DNA of 64,000 nucleotides from Gemmatimonadota bacterium (GCA_009692185.1 SHZT01000008.1:35910-99909), one strand, 5' to 3'; shown: positions 52,246 through 61,213, counted from the stretch's first letter. Numbers and translations are program-made. The notes: a model not told the origin generated them from the sequence alone.

Positions 52246-53644
52246 CTACCGAAGACTCACTTTGCGCGGCGTCGGAGCCCCCTCGGGGCCATTGTCCCAG
52301 TCCTGGACGCTGGAGATGTTGGGCATGCCCCAACGGTGACCGGTCCAGCCATCAAACCCTTCCATCTTCAGCGCCCAGAACCCCGAATCGTAGTCGCTGA
52401 TGACAATCAACCCGTCGGCGTTGCGCACGTCGATGCCCCAGGCTCCCTCGTACATGCTGTTGCTTCTGCCGCCCGCACGCTGTTCGGCGAAGCCCGCGAT
52501 TCCCGAACCGTGGAGGTAGGGGCCTGGTCGAGTCACGTAGAAGCCCACGGTATAGGGGTTCGTGGGGTCCATGATGTTGAATACCTGGAATGCATCGCTT
52601 TGTCCCGAGACGAAGACATAGGGCCACCGAACCTCGAAGTTGTGCACCGCCCCCTGCCACGAGGGAGTCCAGGCGCCTATCGGGCGGGAGACCGTCTTCA
52701 CCTGCCCGTCCAATGCGGGCTTCAGGTCGAAGACCCTGGCCACGCCGTACTGATACGTGGGCAACGGCATGGTAATCGCGTACCGGCCGTCGGGGGTCGG
52801 CGTGAACGTATGGGCGTCCGGTTGGCCCGCCACGCCAGTGATCGAAGCGATGACCCTGGGTTCGGCGGGATTGGTGATGTCGTACACGAAGGCTCCGCCG
52901 CCGCCGGCCGCATAGAGCTTGTCCTGTTTGGTCGCCGGATCGTAGCCCGCGTAGAAGTCGTGCCACGCACTCCCGGGGCCGGGCTTTGCGGAATTCGGAT
53001 TCACCGCCTTCCCGATCACCGGGTTGAGGTCACCGGTCACGACCTTCTCCATGTCGTAAATGTAGGCCTCCGGAGAGACGGTTTGGGCAATCACCAGCGC
53101 CCGCCCGTCTGAGTGCTTGTACGAGAAGGTCTCGTGGAAGCCGCCGGGATGTTCCGGCACGACGATACGGCGGATCTCCTTGACCTTGGACGTATCGGGG
53201 AGGCCGGTGACGTCCCAGACGATCGCGCCCAGGTCGACGTCCGGGCCGCCGGCCTGGAACTGGAAGCCGTTGAGGAAGTAGTAACGGCCCTTGTGCTTCA
53301 CATAGGTCGGCGCGAGAGAACCGTTGCCTCGATGAAGCTCCGGGTTCTCGATGCGCCAGGAGTAGATGACATGCGGCCTGGTCGGGTCCTTGATGCTGAC
53401 GATGTCGAAACCCGCGAGGCCCTTGGTGCGATCGACATAGACGTACGGACGCGACAGTTCCTGCTCCATCTCGATATCCGACACGTTATATGGGCCGAGG
53501 GCGCTTAGCGGGAGATGCGACACGACGCGGATATTGCGGCTCCCTTGTGCCCCCGGGGCCGGATTTGGATTGTACTGCTGTGCGGTGAGCAGACCGCCGA
53601 GCCCCGGCGCAGCGGCCAGGACCAGCATGACGTTCCTCAGCATT
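52246..53644 (-). CDS. secreted LVIVD-repeat beta-propeller protein, paralogue 5
   Basis: ATG 53644 follows GGGAGGAAAGA. MLRNVMLVLAAAPGLGGLLTAQ. Motifs: EQELSRPYVYV, ENPELHRG, FQAGGPDVDLGA, DVTGLPDT, YKHSDGRALV, HTFTPTPDGRYA, VRWPYVFV, GIDVRNADGLIVISD, EGFDGWTGHRWGMPNISSVQDWDNGP. The track ORF to 53913 fuses it in-frame to a gene remnant. Confidence 0.9.
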
Positions 53645-53679
53645 CTTTCCTCCCGGATAGGGGTTAAAGATCGCGGCCT

Positions 53680-53708
53680 TGGGTTACAGAATGTGACGCC
53701 GGTCGGCG
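53680..53708 (+). repeat. conserved upstream element, copy B (TTGGGTTACAGAATGTGACGCCGGTCGGC)
   Basis: Lies 36-64 nt from the LVIVD-5 start codon and directly abuts the truncated end of the FAD-oxidoreductase remnant. Confidence 0.8.
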
Positions 53709-53711
53709 TGT

Positions 53712-53850
53712 CGGGCCCTCGGGTTTGCCGGCCCCCCGCGTCCCACAGGGTGACATCTACCCCCTGCCGGAGGAGGTGCAAGGCGGTCCAGCCGCCGAAG
53801 GCGCCGGCCCCCACGACAAGCGCACTGGTTCCGGCGTTCTTACGTCGCAT
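53712..53850 (-). pseudogene. 5' remnant (about 45 codons) of a paralogue of the FAD-dependent oxidoreductase at 41735-42838
   Basis: MRRKNAGTSALVVGAGAFGGWTALHLLRQGVDVTLWDA versus MPQPRSVTRATVIGAGAFGGWTALHLLRRGVHVTLWDA. DNA homology continues a few codons with an indel and then stops. Confidence 0.75.
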
Positions 53851-53880
53851 TGGGCCAAGTGGCCTTGAAAGTACGCTTCT

Positions 53881-53891
53881 AATGTGACGCC
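53881..53891 (+). repeat. AATGTGACGCC box, second copy flanking the remnant
   Basis: Exact 11-nt direct repeat of 53691-53701. It sits 31 nt upstream of the remnant start codon. The intact gene has AATGTGACGC 32 nt upstream of its start (42870-42879). Confidence 0.75.
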
Positions 53892-53984
53892 ACGCATCGC
53901 CATGGCCAAGCACGATGGGGCGGGGATGTCACGGGGAGCTTAACACCTTGCCCCGGACCGTTTCCTCTTCGATTCTTTGGGCCT

Positions 53985-56300
53985 ATGACCCGGACCTATC
54001 TTCGGTTCCTCCTCCTGACGTTCGCCGGCAGCGCCATGCTCCCGTCCGTGATCACGCTAGGGTCTCTGCTCCATGGTCCGCAGAGCCGAGCGTGGACCCA
54101 TACGGTGGTATCCGTCGCGGTGGCCGCCGGGTTCGTGTTCCTGTTCTGGCGCCTGTTTCGGTGGTTGGAGCCGGCGCTCGACGCGGACGCGCAGGCGCAG
54201 GTGGCTACCCTCGATACCCTCTCGGAGCGGTGGGCTGGCGTTGCGATCGCCTTGGCCGCGGGCGCCAGTCTGGTACTCGAGCTGGCCGTGATCCGCTGGC
54301 AGGGGACGGTGTTCGAGTTCTTCGCGTTCTACAAGAATTTCGGGCTGTTGACGGCTTTCGCTGGTCTGGGGCTGGGCTACGCGCTCGCGGACCGCGACCG
54401 CATCCCGCTCATGCTGGTGATTCCCCTCCTGGCCGGACAGTTCGGGCTGCTGATCGCGTTGCGTTATGGGCTTGAGCCGTGGCAGCTCCAGAGCGTGATG
54501 GCGCAGCCGGTCGCAGAGCAGCTCGCGATGGGCGTGGATCGGGCGCGAGGCACGGCGCAGGGGTTGACGATCCACTTCTTCCTGCTGGTCGTGTTCTTCC
54601 TCACCGCGCTGGCGTTCGTGCCGGTGGGACAGGCCTGTGGCCGCCTGATGGCGCGCCGCCCGCAACTGCGGGCGTACGGACTCAACTTGCTGGGCAGCGT
54701 AGCCGGCGTGCTGCTGATGTTCGTGGCGAGCGCGCTGTGGACACCTCCCCTGGTCTGGTTCGGACTCGGGTTCATCGCGCTCCTGGTGCTGTCGGTGCCG
54801 AGGCGGCGAACGCTGCTCGCGGGATTCGCCGCGGCCACAGTCGCGTTCGCCGCGCTCGCGTGGCCGGTGAACCCCAACTGGTCGAAGATCTACAGCCCCT
54901 ACCAGCTGCTCGAGCTGGGTTACTCCGAGCGAGGGCTGATGATGATTCGGGCGGCCGGCCACTACTACCAGCACGTGTACCAGCTGGGTGACCCCGGGGC
55001 GGCCGCCGACCCCCAACTCAAGGCGGTCCGCGACTACTACGACTTCCCCTATCGCGTATCGCGGGCGCCCGCGGACGTCCTGGTCGTGGGCGCCGGTACC
55101 GGGAACGACGTGGCCGCCGCGCTGCGGGGCGGCGCCCTCCGCGTGGATGCGGTGGAGATCGATCCGGCCATCCTGGCCGCCGGTCGCCTGGGGCATCCGG
55201 AGCGCCCCTACCTGGACCCCAGGGTCCGGACCATCGTCGACGACGCGCGCTCATTCCTGCGGACGACGCCGCGACGGTACGACATGATCGTCTACGGGCT
55301 GCTCGATTCGCACACCCTTTTGTCCCATGCCTCGAGCGTGCGCCTCGACAGCTTCGTGTACACGGTCGAGGGTTTTCGCGAGGCGCGCGAGCGGCTCAAG
55401 CCCGGCGGGGTGCTCGTCCTGTCGTTCTCAATGCTGAATGCGGCGATTGGACGGAAGATGTACGAGATGCTGCGGGCGGCCTTCGACGGGGCGGCGCCCG
55501 TCGCGTTGCGCGCGGGATACGACGGTGCAGTGGTATACCTGCAGTACCGGGACGGCGGCACCACCCTGCCCCCGGACCTGCTGGCCGCCACCCAGTTCCA
55601 CGACGAAGGTCCCCTGTACAGTAACCCCACGTTCCGTGTCGATCTTTCGACCGACGACTGGCCGTTCTTCTACATGCCGCGGCGAGTGTATCCGCAGTCG
55701 TACCTCGTGGTGCTGGGGCTGGTGCTGGCGGGCACGCTGGCGCTCACCGGCGGTTTCATCCGTTCACGCCCCAGCCTGGCAGAGGCCCCGTACTTCCTGC
55801 TGGGCGCGGGTTTCATGCTGATCGAGACCAAGGCCATAACGGAAATGGGGCTGACGTTCGGTAACACGTGGCAGGTGATCGGGATCGTGATCGCCTGCAT
55901 CCTCGGCATGGCGTTCCTGGCGAACGCGGCCGTGGCGCGGTTCGGGTGGCGCCGGCCGCTATTTGCGTACCTGCTGCTCATCGGGAGCCTGACCCTGAGC
56001 TGGTTCGTCATGGGCGCCGGCGGGCTCTCCTCGACGGCCGCGGGGCGTGCCGGCACGGCCATCCTGCTCACCGGGCCGATCTTCTTCTCCGGCGTTGTCT
56101 TCTCGACGCTGCTCGCGGCGCGGCGGACGCCGGTGGCGCCCGCGATGGCAGCCAACCTGCTCGGCGCGATGTGCGGTGGCCTGCTCGAGTACAACTCGAT
56201 GTACTTCGGCTTTCGCTGGCTCCACCTGCTGGCGATGGCATTCTACGCCGTGGCGTTCCTGACCGCCATCCGGGGAATGACGCGTCCGCGCACCGCCTAG
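53985..56300 (+). CDS. polytopic membrane protein with embedded spermidine-synthase-like (class I MTase fold) domain
   Basis: About 7 N-terminal and 5 C-terminal TM helices flank YQHVYQLG...VLVVGAGTGNDVAAALRGGALRVDAVEIDPAIL...YDMIVYGLLDSH. Confidence 0.75.
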   Translation: MTRTYLRFLLLTFAGSAMLPSVITLGSLLHGPQSRAWTHTVVSVAVAAGFVFLFWRLFRWLEPALDADAQAQVATLDTLSERWAGVAIALAAGASLVLELAVIRWQGTVFEFFAFYKNFGLLTAFAGLGLGYALADRDRIPLMLVIPLLAGQFGLLIALRYGLEPWQLQSVMAQPVAEQLAMGVDRARGTAQGLTIHFFLLVVFFLTALAFVPVGQACGRLMARRPQLRAYGLNLLGSVAGVLLMFVASALWTPPLVWFGLGFIALLVLSVPRRRTLLAGFAAATVAFAALAWPVNPNWSKIYSPYQLLELGYSERGLMMIRAAGHYYQHVYQLGDPGAAADPQLKAVRDYYDFPYRVSRAPADVLVVGAGTGNDVAAALRGGALRVDAVEIDPAILAAGRLGHPERPYLDPRVRTIVDDARSFLRTTPRRYDMIVYGLLDSHTLLSHASSVRLDSFVYTVEGFREARERLKPGGVLVLSFSMLNAAIGRKMYEMLRAAFDGAAPVALRAGYDGAVVYLQYRDGGTTLPPDLLAATQFHDEGPLYSNPTFRVDLSTDDWPFFYMPRRVYPQSYLVVLGLVLAGTLALTGGFIRSRPSLAEAPYFLLGAGFMLIETKAITEMGLTFGNTWQVIGIVIACILGMAFLANAAVARFGWRRPLFAYLLLIGSLTLSWFVMGAGGLSSTAAGRAGTAILLTGPIFFSGVVFSTLLAARRTPVAPAMAANLLGAMCGGLLEYNSMYFGFRWLHLLAMAFYAVAFLTAIRGMTRPRTA

Positions 56301-56344
56301 AATCGGCGGATCGAGCTTGAGGCATATCTATTCGCCATCAGGAG

Positions 56345-56365
56345 TTGGGTTACAGAATGTGACGC
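56345..56365 (+). repeat. conserved upstream element, copy C (TTGGGTTACAGAATGTGACGC)
   Basis: 216-236 nt upstream of the SusC-2 start and 45 nt after the preceding stop codon. Confidence 0.8.
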
Positions 56366-56399
56366 CCGTTAGACCGTGGACCAAGTCCGGTCACAGCTA

Positions 56400-56430
56400 T
56401 TGACCCGAAGGCGACCGACGTGCTTCTTTG
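56400..56430 (+). promoter_or_regulatory. candidate FCB-type promoter of SusC-2 (TTG - 20 nt - CTTCTTTG)
   Basis: Same TTGACC...TCTTTG arrangement and spacing as upstream of SusC-1. Confidence 0.3.
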
Positions 56431-56580
56431 GGGTGAAGGTGACCCTCAAGTCCTGAACCGGTCCTTAATGATTTCGGACGGCGGCGCCCCGCGCCCCGGC
56501 CGGCTTCGTGCTTCCACTTTGCACCAGAAGTCGTTCAAGAGGGCGGGTCTGCAGTTCGAACCATTTGGTGGGGAGGTTCT

Positions 56581-59500
56581 ATGAGATTCAGGTCTGGTCT
56601 GTTTGCGGCCATCCTGATCAGCTTGGGCGCCGCATCGGCTTCGGCCCAGACGCGTGTCGTCACCGGCAAGGTGATTGACTCGCTGACGTCCGAGGTGATC
56701 ACGTCCGGGCAGGTGTCGGTCGTCGGCACGGCGATCGGGACCACGATCAAGGAAGATGGAACATTCACGCTGGCGGCTCCGTCGCGCGATGTCTACGTCG
56801 CGATCCGGAGCATCGGGTTCAAGCGCCGGGACGTGTCGGTTCCGGTCGGCCAGAACTCGGTACAGGCCGCGCTCGAGCGCGACTACTTCCAGCTCGAGGC
56901 GATCGTCGTCACCGGCCAGGCCACCGGCGTTGAACGCCGGAACCTGGCGAACGCGGTCGCGTCAATTAGCGCGGACCAACTCACGAAAGTCCCCACGGCG
57001 AGCGTCGAACGCGCGCTGCAGGGCAAGGTCACGGGCGCCACGATCACGGACAACAACGGAGCGCCGGGCGGCGGCAGCATCGTCCGCATGCGAGGCGTCA
57101 CCTCCCTGATCGGCGCGTTCACGCCGCTGTACGTGCTGAACGGCGTCATCGTGAGCGACGCGGCGATCGGGCGTGGTACCAACCGCGTCACGGCCGCCGG
57201 CGGCACGGGCATCGCGCAAGCGAACGACGACGAATCCAACCCCATCAACCGCATTGCCGACATCAATCCCAATGACATCGAGAGTGTCGAGGTGCTGAAA
57301 GGTGCCGCGGCGTCCGCGATCTACGGGTCCAAGGCGGCGAACGGCGTGATCATCATCACCACCAAGAAGGGCCGGGTGGGCGCGCCCCAGTTCAACGTCA
57401 CCCAGCGCTACGGGCAGTCCCGGCTGTCGAAGAAGTACGGCACCCGGTGCTACAACAGCGTCGCCGAGGCCACCACGAGCTATGGCGCAGTGGTGACGGG
57501 TGCGGTGCTTCCGTTCGTCGCCGGCCAGTGCCTGGACATCGAGGACCACCTGTTCAAGCCCGGCCGGTCGTATGAAACGTCGGCCAGCATGAACGGCGGC
57601 ACCGAGTCTACCCGGTACTACGCCTCGGTCCTGAACAAGCACGAGGGCGGGATCATTCCGCGGACGTACGCGGACAAGCAGGGCCTGACCCTGAACGTGG
57701 ACCAGAACGTCGGTAGTCGCATGCAGATCAGCCTGTCGAGCCAGGCGATTCACATGGCGAACGATCGCGGCCTGACGAGCAACGAGAACAACGGTTCCAC
57801 CATCCAGTCGTCCATGGCGATCATCCCGAGCTGGGTTGACTGGCGGGGGACCTGCCCGGACGGCAGCATCGCCGATTCGTCCGACCCCTGCGAGGGCGTG
57901 TCGTTCAAGTACAGCAATCCTTACGGCAGCGCAAACCCGTTCCAGACGGCGGCGCTCATGACGGACCGTGAGTCGGTGTGGCGCGCCATCGGGACGGCGC
58001 GCGTCCAGCTGGAGGCGGTGCGTTCCAGCCAGCACACCCTCCGGTTCATCGCCACCGGCGGCGGGGATGTGTTCACCCAGAAGAACAAGGTTTTCGCGCC
58101 GCCGGTGCTCCAGTTCGCACAAGCTGTGGCGGGTACGTCGGCGACGTCATTCAGCCAGAACCAGAACTTCAACATCAACACTAACGCGGTGCACATCTTC
58201 AAGACCGGCACCTTCAGCGCGACGACCCAGGCGGGGCTCCAGTTCGAGAGCTCGGACCTCGATATCGTGCGGACGCTGCAACAGAACATGGTGGGCGGCC
58301 AGTCCAACCTCGGGCTGGGCTCCGTAACGCAGGTGGAGCAGAATCGCCAGCGCGTGCGCGACATGGGTGTATTCGTCCAGGAAGAGTTCCTCACCCTGGG
58401 CGAGAAGCTTCTGGTGACGGTGGGCGGACGCGCGGACCAGAGCAGCAACAACTCGGATCCCACGGCGCTGATTTTCTACCCCAAGTCGTCCATGTCTTAC
58501 CGGTTCGTGAAGCTCGGCCTGGTGGACGAGCTCAAGCTCCGCGCGGCGTACGGGCAGTCGGGTAACCGGCCGCTCTACGGCCAGAAGTTCACCGAACTGG
58601 CGGGCGCCAACATCGGCGGCGTACCCACGCTCCGCATCGCTGGCGTGACCGGGGCACCAGACTTGTCGCCCGAGCGTGAGCGCGAGATCGAGGGCGGGTT
58701 CGATGCCACGCTCTTTGGCAGCCGGGCCAACCTCGAGTTCACCGTGTATGACAAGCAGATCAGCGACGTCATGCTCCAGCGGACGCTGGCGCCCAGCTAC
58801 GGTCTCACCACGCTGATCTTCAACGGCGGCACGTTCCGGACCCGGGGCATGGAAGCCATGCTCAACCTGGTGCCGGTGCAGACTTCAGCCTTCCAATGGA
58901 ACGCGCGCGTCGGCGGCCACATGAGCCGTTGCCAGGTCATGGACCTGGGCGGCCTGCCCGCGTTCCGGCCCACGTCGCGCCATAACAGCTTCGGTTTCGG
59001 CGCCACGTTCATCGAAAAGGACTCGTCCTGCACGCAGATCTACGGAAACGACACGCTGGGCGCCGATCCGACGGACGCGGCGAACGTCGCCACCCGCGGC
59101 GCGCTGGGCACCAAGGTGCTGCGCAAGGTCTATGACCAGCAGCCCTTGTACAACATCACGCTCTCCAATGACGTCACCTTCAAGCGCCTCCGCCTCTATT
59201 TCCTGTGGGAGCGCCAGAAGGGCGGCGTCATGACCAACCTGTCTCTGTACCAGTACGACGCGTACAAGAACTCAATCGACCAGACCGTGGTCGTACCTGG
59301 CTACACCACGGACGGGACCACCGGAGATCAGCGTATCACGGCGTACGGTCGCGGCACCATCCGGCCGTACACGTTCGACACGTCGTTCTGGCGGATGCGG
59401 GATATCACGCTGACCCTGGATTTGCCGCAGTCGTGGTACAAGAACGTGTGGTCCGGCGCGCGGTTCATTCGCCTGAGCGCCAGCGGCCGCAACCTGGTCA

Positions 59501-59634
59501 CCATTTCCAACTACCGGGGCTACGACCCCGAAGGTCAGGAAATGTCCAAGTCACTGGCGAATGGCGCCAACTGGGAACTCTGGGGCTATCCGCCGAACAA
59601 GCAGGTCTGGTTCTCGCTGGACGTGGGGTTCTAA
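56581..59634 (+). CDS. SusC/RagA-family TonB-dependent outer-membrane transporter (SusC-2)
   Basis: MRFRSGLFAAILISLGAASASAQTRVVTGKVIDSLTSEV... The N-terminal ~125 aa are nearly identical to SusC-1. Plug and barrel motifs. C-terminal VWFSLDVGF. Confidence 0.9.
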   Translation: MRFRSGLFAAILISLGAASASAQTRVVTGKVIDSLTSEVITSGQVSVVGTAIGTTIKEDGTFTLAAPSRDVYVAIRSIGFKRRDVSVPVGQNSVQAALERDYFQLEAIVVTGQATGVERRNLANAVASISADQLTKVPTASVERALQGKVTGATITDNNGAPGGGSIVRMRGVTSLIGAFTPLYVLNGVIVSDAAIGRGTNRVTAAGGTGIAQANDDESNPINRIADINPNDIESVEVLKGAAASAIYGSKAANGVIIITTKKGRVGAPQFNVTQRYGQSRLSKKYGTRCYNSVAEATTSYGAVVTGAVLPFVAGQCLDIEDHLFKPGRSYETSASMNGGTESTRYYASVLNKHEGGIIPRTYADKQGLTLNVDQNVGSRMQISLSSQAIHMANDRGLTSNENNGSTIQSSMAIIPSWVDWRGTCPDGSIADSSDPCEGVSFKYSNPYGSANPFQTAALMTDRESVWRAIGTARVQLEAVRSSQHTLRFIATGGGDVFTQKNKVFAPPVLQFAQAVAGTSATSFSQNQNFNINTNAVHIFKTGTFSATTQAGLQFESSDLDIVRTLQQNMVGGQSNLGLGSVTQVEQNRQRVRDMGVFVQEEFLTLGEKLLVTVGGRADQSSNNSDPTALIFYPKSSMSYRFVKLGLVDELKLRAAYGQSGNRPLYGQKFTELAGANIGGVPTLRIAGVTGAPDLSPEREREIEGGFDATLFGSRANLEFTVYDKQISDVMLQRTLAPSYGLTTLIFNGGTFRTRGMEAMLNLVPVQTSAFQWNARVGGHMSRCQVMDLGGLPAFRPTSRHNSFGFGATFIEKDSSCTQIYGNDTLGADPTDAANVATRGALGTKVLRKVYDQQPLYNITLSNDVTFKRLRLYFLWERQKGGVMTNLSLYQYDAYKNSIDQTVVVPGYTTDGTTGDQRITAYGRGTIRPYTFDTSFWRMRDITLTLDLPQSWYKNVWSGARFIRLSASGRNLVTISNYRGYDPEGQEMSKSLANGANWELWGYPPNKQVWFSLDVGF

Positions 59635-59635
59635 C

Positions 59636-61171
59636 ATGACCACGACAACGACGAAACTTTCGAGCGTGCTCACCGCCCTCGTGGCGGTGAGCCTCGCCGG
59701 CGCATGCCAGACGCTGGACGCGCCTGACCAGAACGCCACCACGTTGCAGGAGCTGACGGTCGGTACGCCCAACCGGGCAGCCGTCGCGGCCGCGGCACAG
59801 GGCCTGATCGCCGGCCTGCGGGCAGCGGGGCCCTGCACCGGCACGTGCGCCTACATCGGGCGTGAAGGCATGAACCTGGATCCCAGTAACCCGCAGAATG
59901 TGCCGACGACCTTCGTGAACGGCGGCGACTTTGCGGCCTGGTCCAGCACATACGCGAACAACAAGCTGGCCGACATCGTCATCAAGGCGATGGATGTCGT
60001 GGTTGGCATGACGGACGCGGAGAAGTCGGCGGTCAAGGGCTTTGCCAAGACAGTGAAGGCCATTGACCTCATGTACACGATTCTCACGACGGACCAGACG
60101 GGGGCCGTGCTCGACGCCCCGGCAAGTCCGTCTGACCCGATCCCGGCGGTCGCAACGCGGGCCGCGGTGTACACGCAGATCATCACGTGGCTGGATGCCG
60201 GCCTCGCGGATCTCAACGCCGCGGGTGGGGCCTCGTTCCCCTTCACATTCACCGCCGGCCTCAAGGGCGACGCCTCGTTCACTGGGACCAGCTCGAGCGG
60301 CAGCTTCAACACGCCGGCCAACTTCCGGCAAGTCAACCGGGCGATTCGTGCCCGGGTGAACGTGTATCGCGGCGGCGCAGCCGACTTTACCGCCGCCCTG
60401 ACCGATTTGGCGGCGTCGTTCCTCAACGCGGCGCCCACGACGCTGGCCCAGCTTCAGACCGGGGTGTACAACACGTACAGCACGACGTCGGGTGATGCCA
60501 GCAACGGCGTGTACGACGCAACGGACCGCCAGCGGTTCTCGAACAATTCCAATGCGGTGGACGCCATTCTCAAGATTCCCGGCGACACCACCTCACGGGA
60601 CAACCGCTTTACCCGGAAGATCCGCCCGGTGTCGCCTGCCGCGTTTGCGCGGTACGGCTTCAATATTTTCTGGGCGTACAAGGTGTACACGGCACTGGGT
60701 GATCCCATTCCAATCATCCGGAACGAGGAGCTCATCCTGCTCCGCGCCGAGGCGCGCCTGGCCTGCACGGGCAAGGCGCCCGCGCCCGCCTGCTCGGCCA
60801 ACGCGGCCGACCGTGCGGCGGCCCTCGCCGACATCAACACGATTCGCACAGTGTCGGGTGGCCTCACGGCCCTCGCCAACGAGGCGGCTATCAACTCGCC
60901 GGCGCTGACGGGTGACCGCCTGCTGGACGAGCTGATCTACAACAAGCGCTTCTCACTGCTCTGGGAGGGCGGGTATCGCTGGTACGACGGGCGGCACTAC
61001 GGCATCCTGAGCAAGTTCCCGAAAGACATCGCCGGGCACGTCATTTTCCAGTACGCCCGGTTGCCGGATAACGAGTGCAACGCCCGCGTCGCTATCGACG
61101 CGGTGCTCTACAAGATCGACAACACGCCCGGGGGGACCGGCGGTCCCTGCAAGCTGGCGGCGGGGCAGTGA
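59636..61171 (+). CDS. SusD/RagB-family lipoprotein (SusD-2)
   Basis: ATG lies 1 nt after the SusC-2 stop. Lipobox SLAGC. ...IIRNEELILLRAEARL...INTIRTVSGGL...FSLLWEGGYRWYDGRH. Confidence 0.85.
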   Translation: MTTTTTKLSSVLTALVAVSLAGACQTLDAPDQNATTLQELTVGTPNRAAVAAAAQGLIAGLRAAGPCTGTCAYIGREGMNLDPSNPQNVPTTFVNGGDFAAWSSTYANNKLADIVIKAMDVVVGMTDAEKSAVKGFAKTVKAIDLMYTILTTDQTGAVLDAPASPSDPIPAVATRAAVYTQIITWLDAGLADLNAAGGASFPFTFTAGLKGDASFTGTSSSGSFNTPANFRQVNRAIRARVNVYRGGAADFTAALTDLAASFLNAAPTTLAQLQTGVYNTYSTTSGDASNGVYDATDRQRFSNNSNAVDAILKIPGDTTSRDNRFTRKIRPVSPAAFARYGFNIFWAYKVYTALGDPIPIIRNEELILLRAEARLACTGKAPAPACSANAADRAAALADINTIRTVSGGLTALANEAAINSPALTGDRLLDELIYNKRFSLLWEGGYRWYDGRHYGILSKFPKDIAGHVIFQYARLPDNECNARVAIDAVLYKIDNTPGGTGGPCKLAAGQ

Positions 61172-61213
61172 GCCTGAAGTAGCAAGCGCGTACCATCGCT
61201 GATGCGTCAACCG

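Noticed and set aside
53645-53913. 90-codon N-terminal extension of LVIVD-5 in the track
   Set aside because: It is an in-frame fusion artefact. It consists of an FAD-oxidoreductase 5' stub plus the conserved element read as protein. LVIVD-5 has its own strong RBS and signal peptide at 53644.
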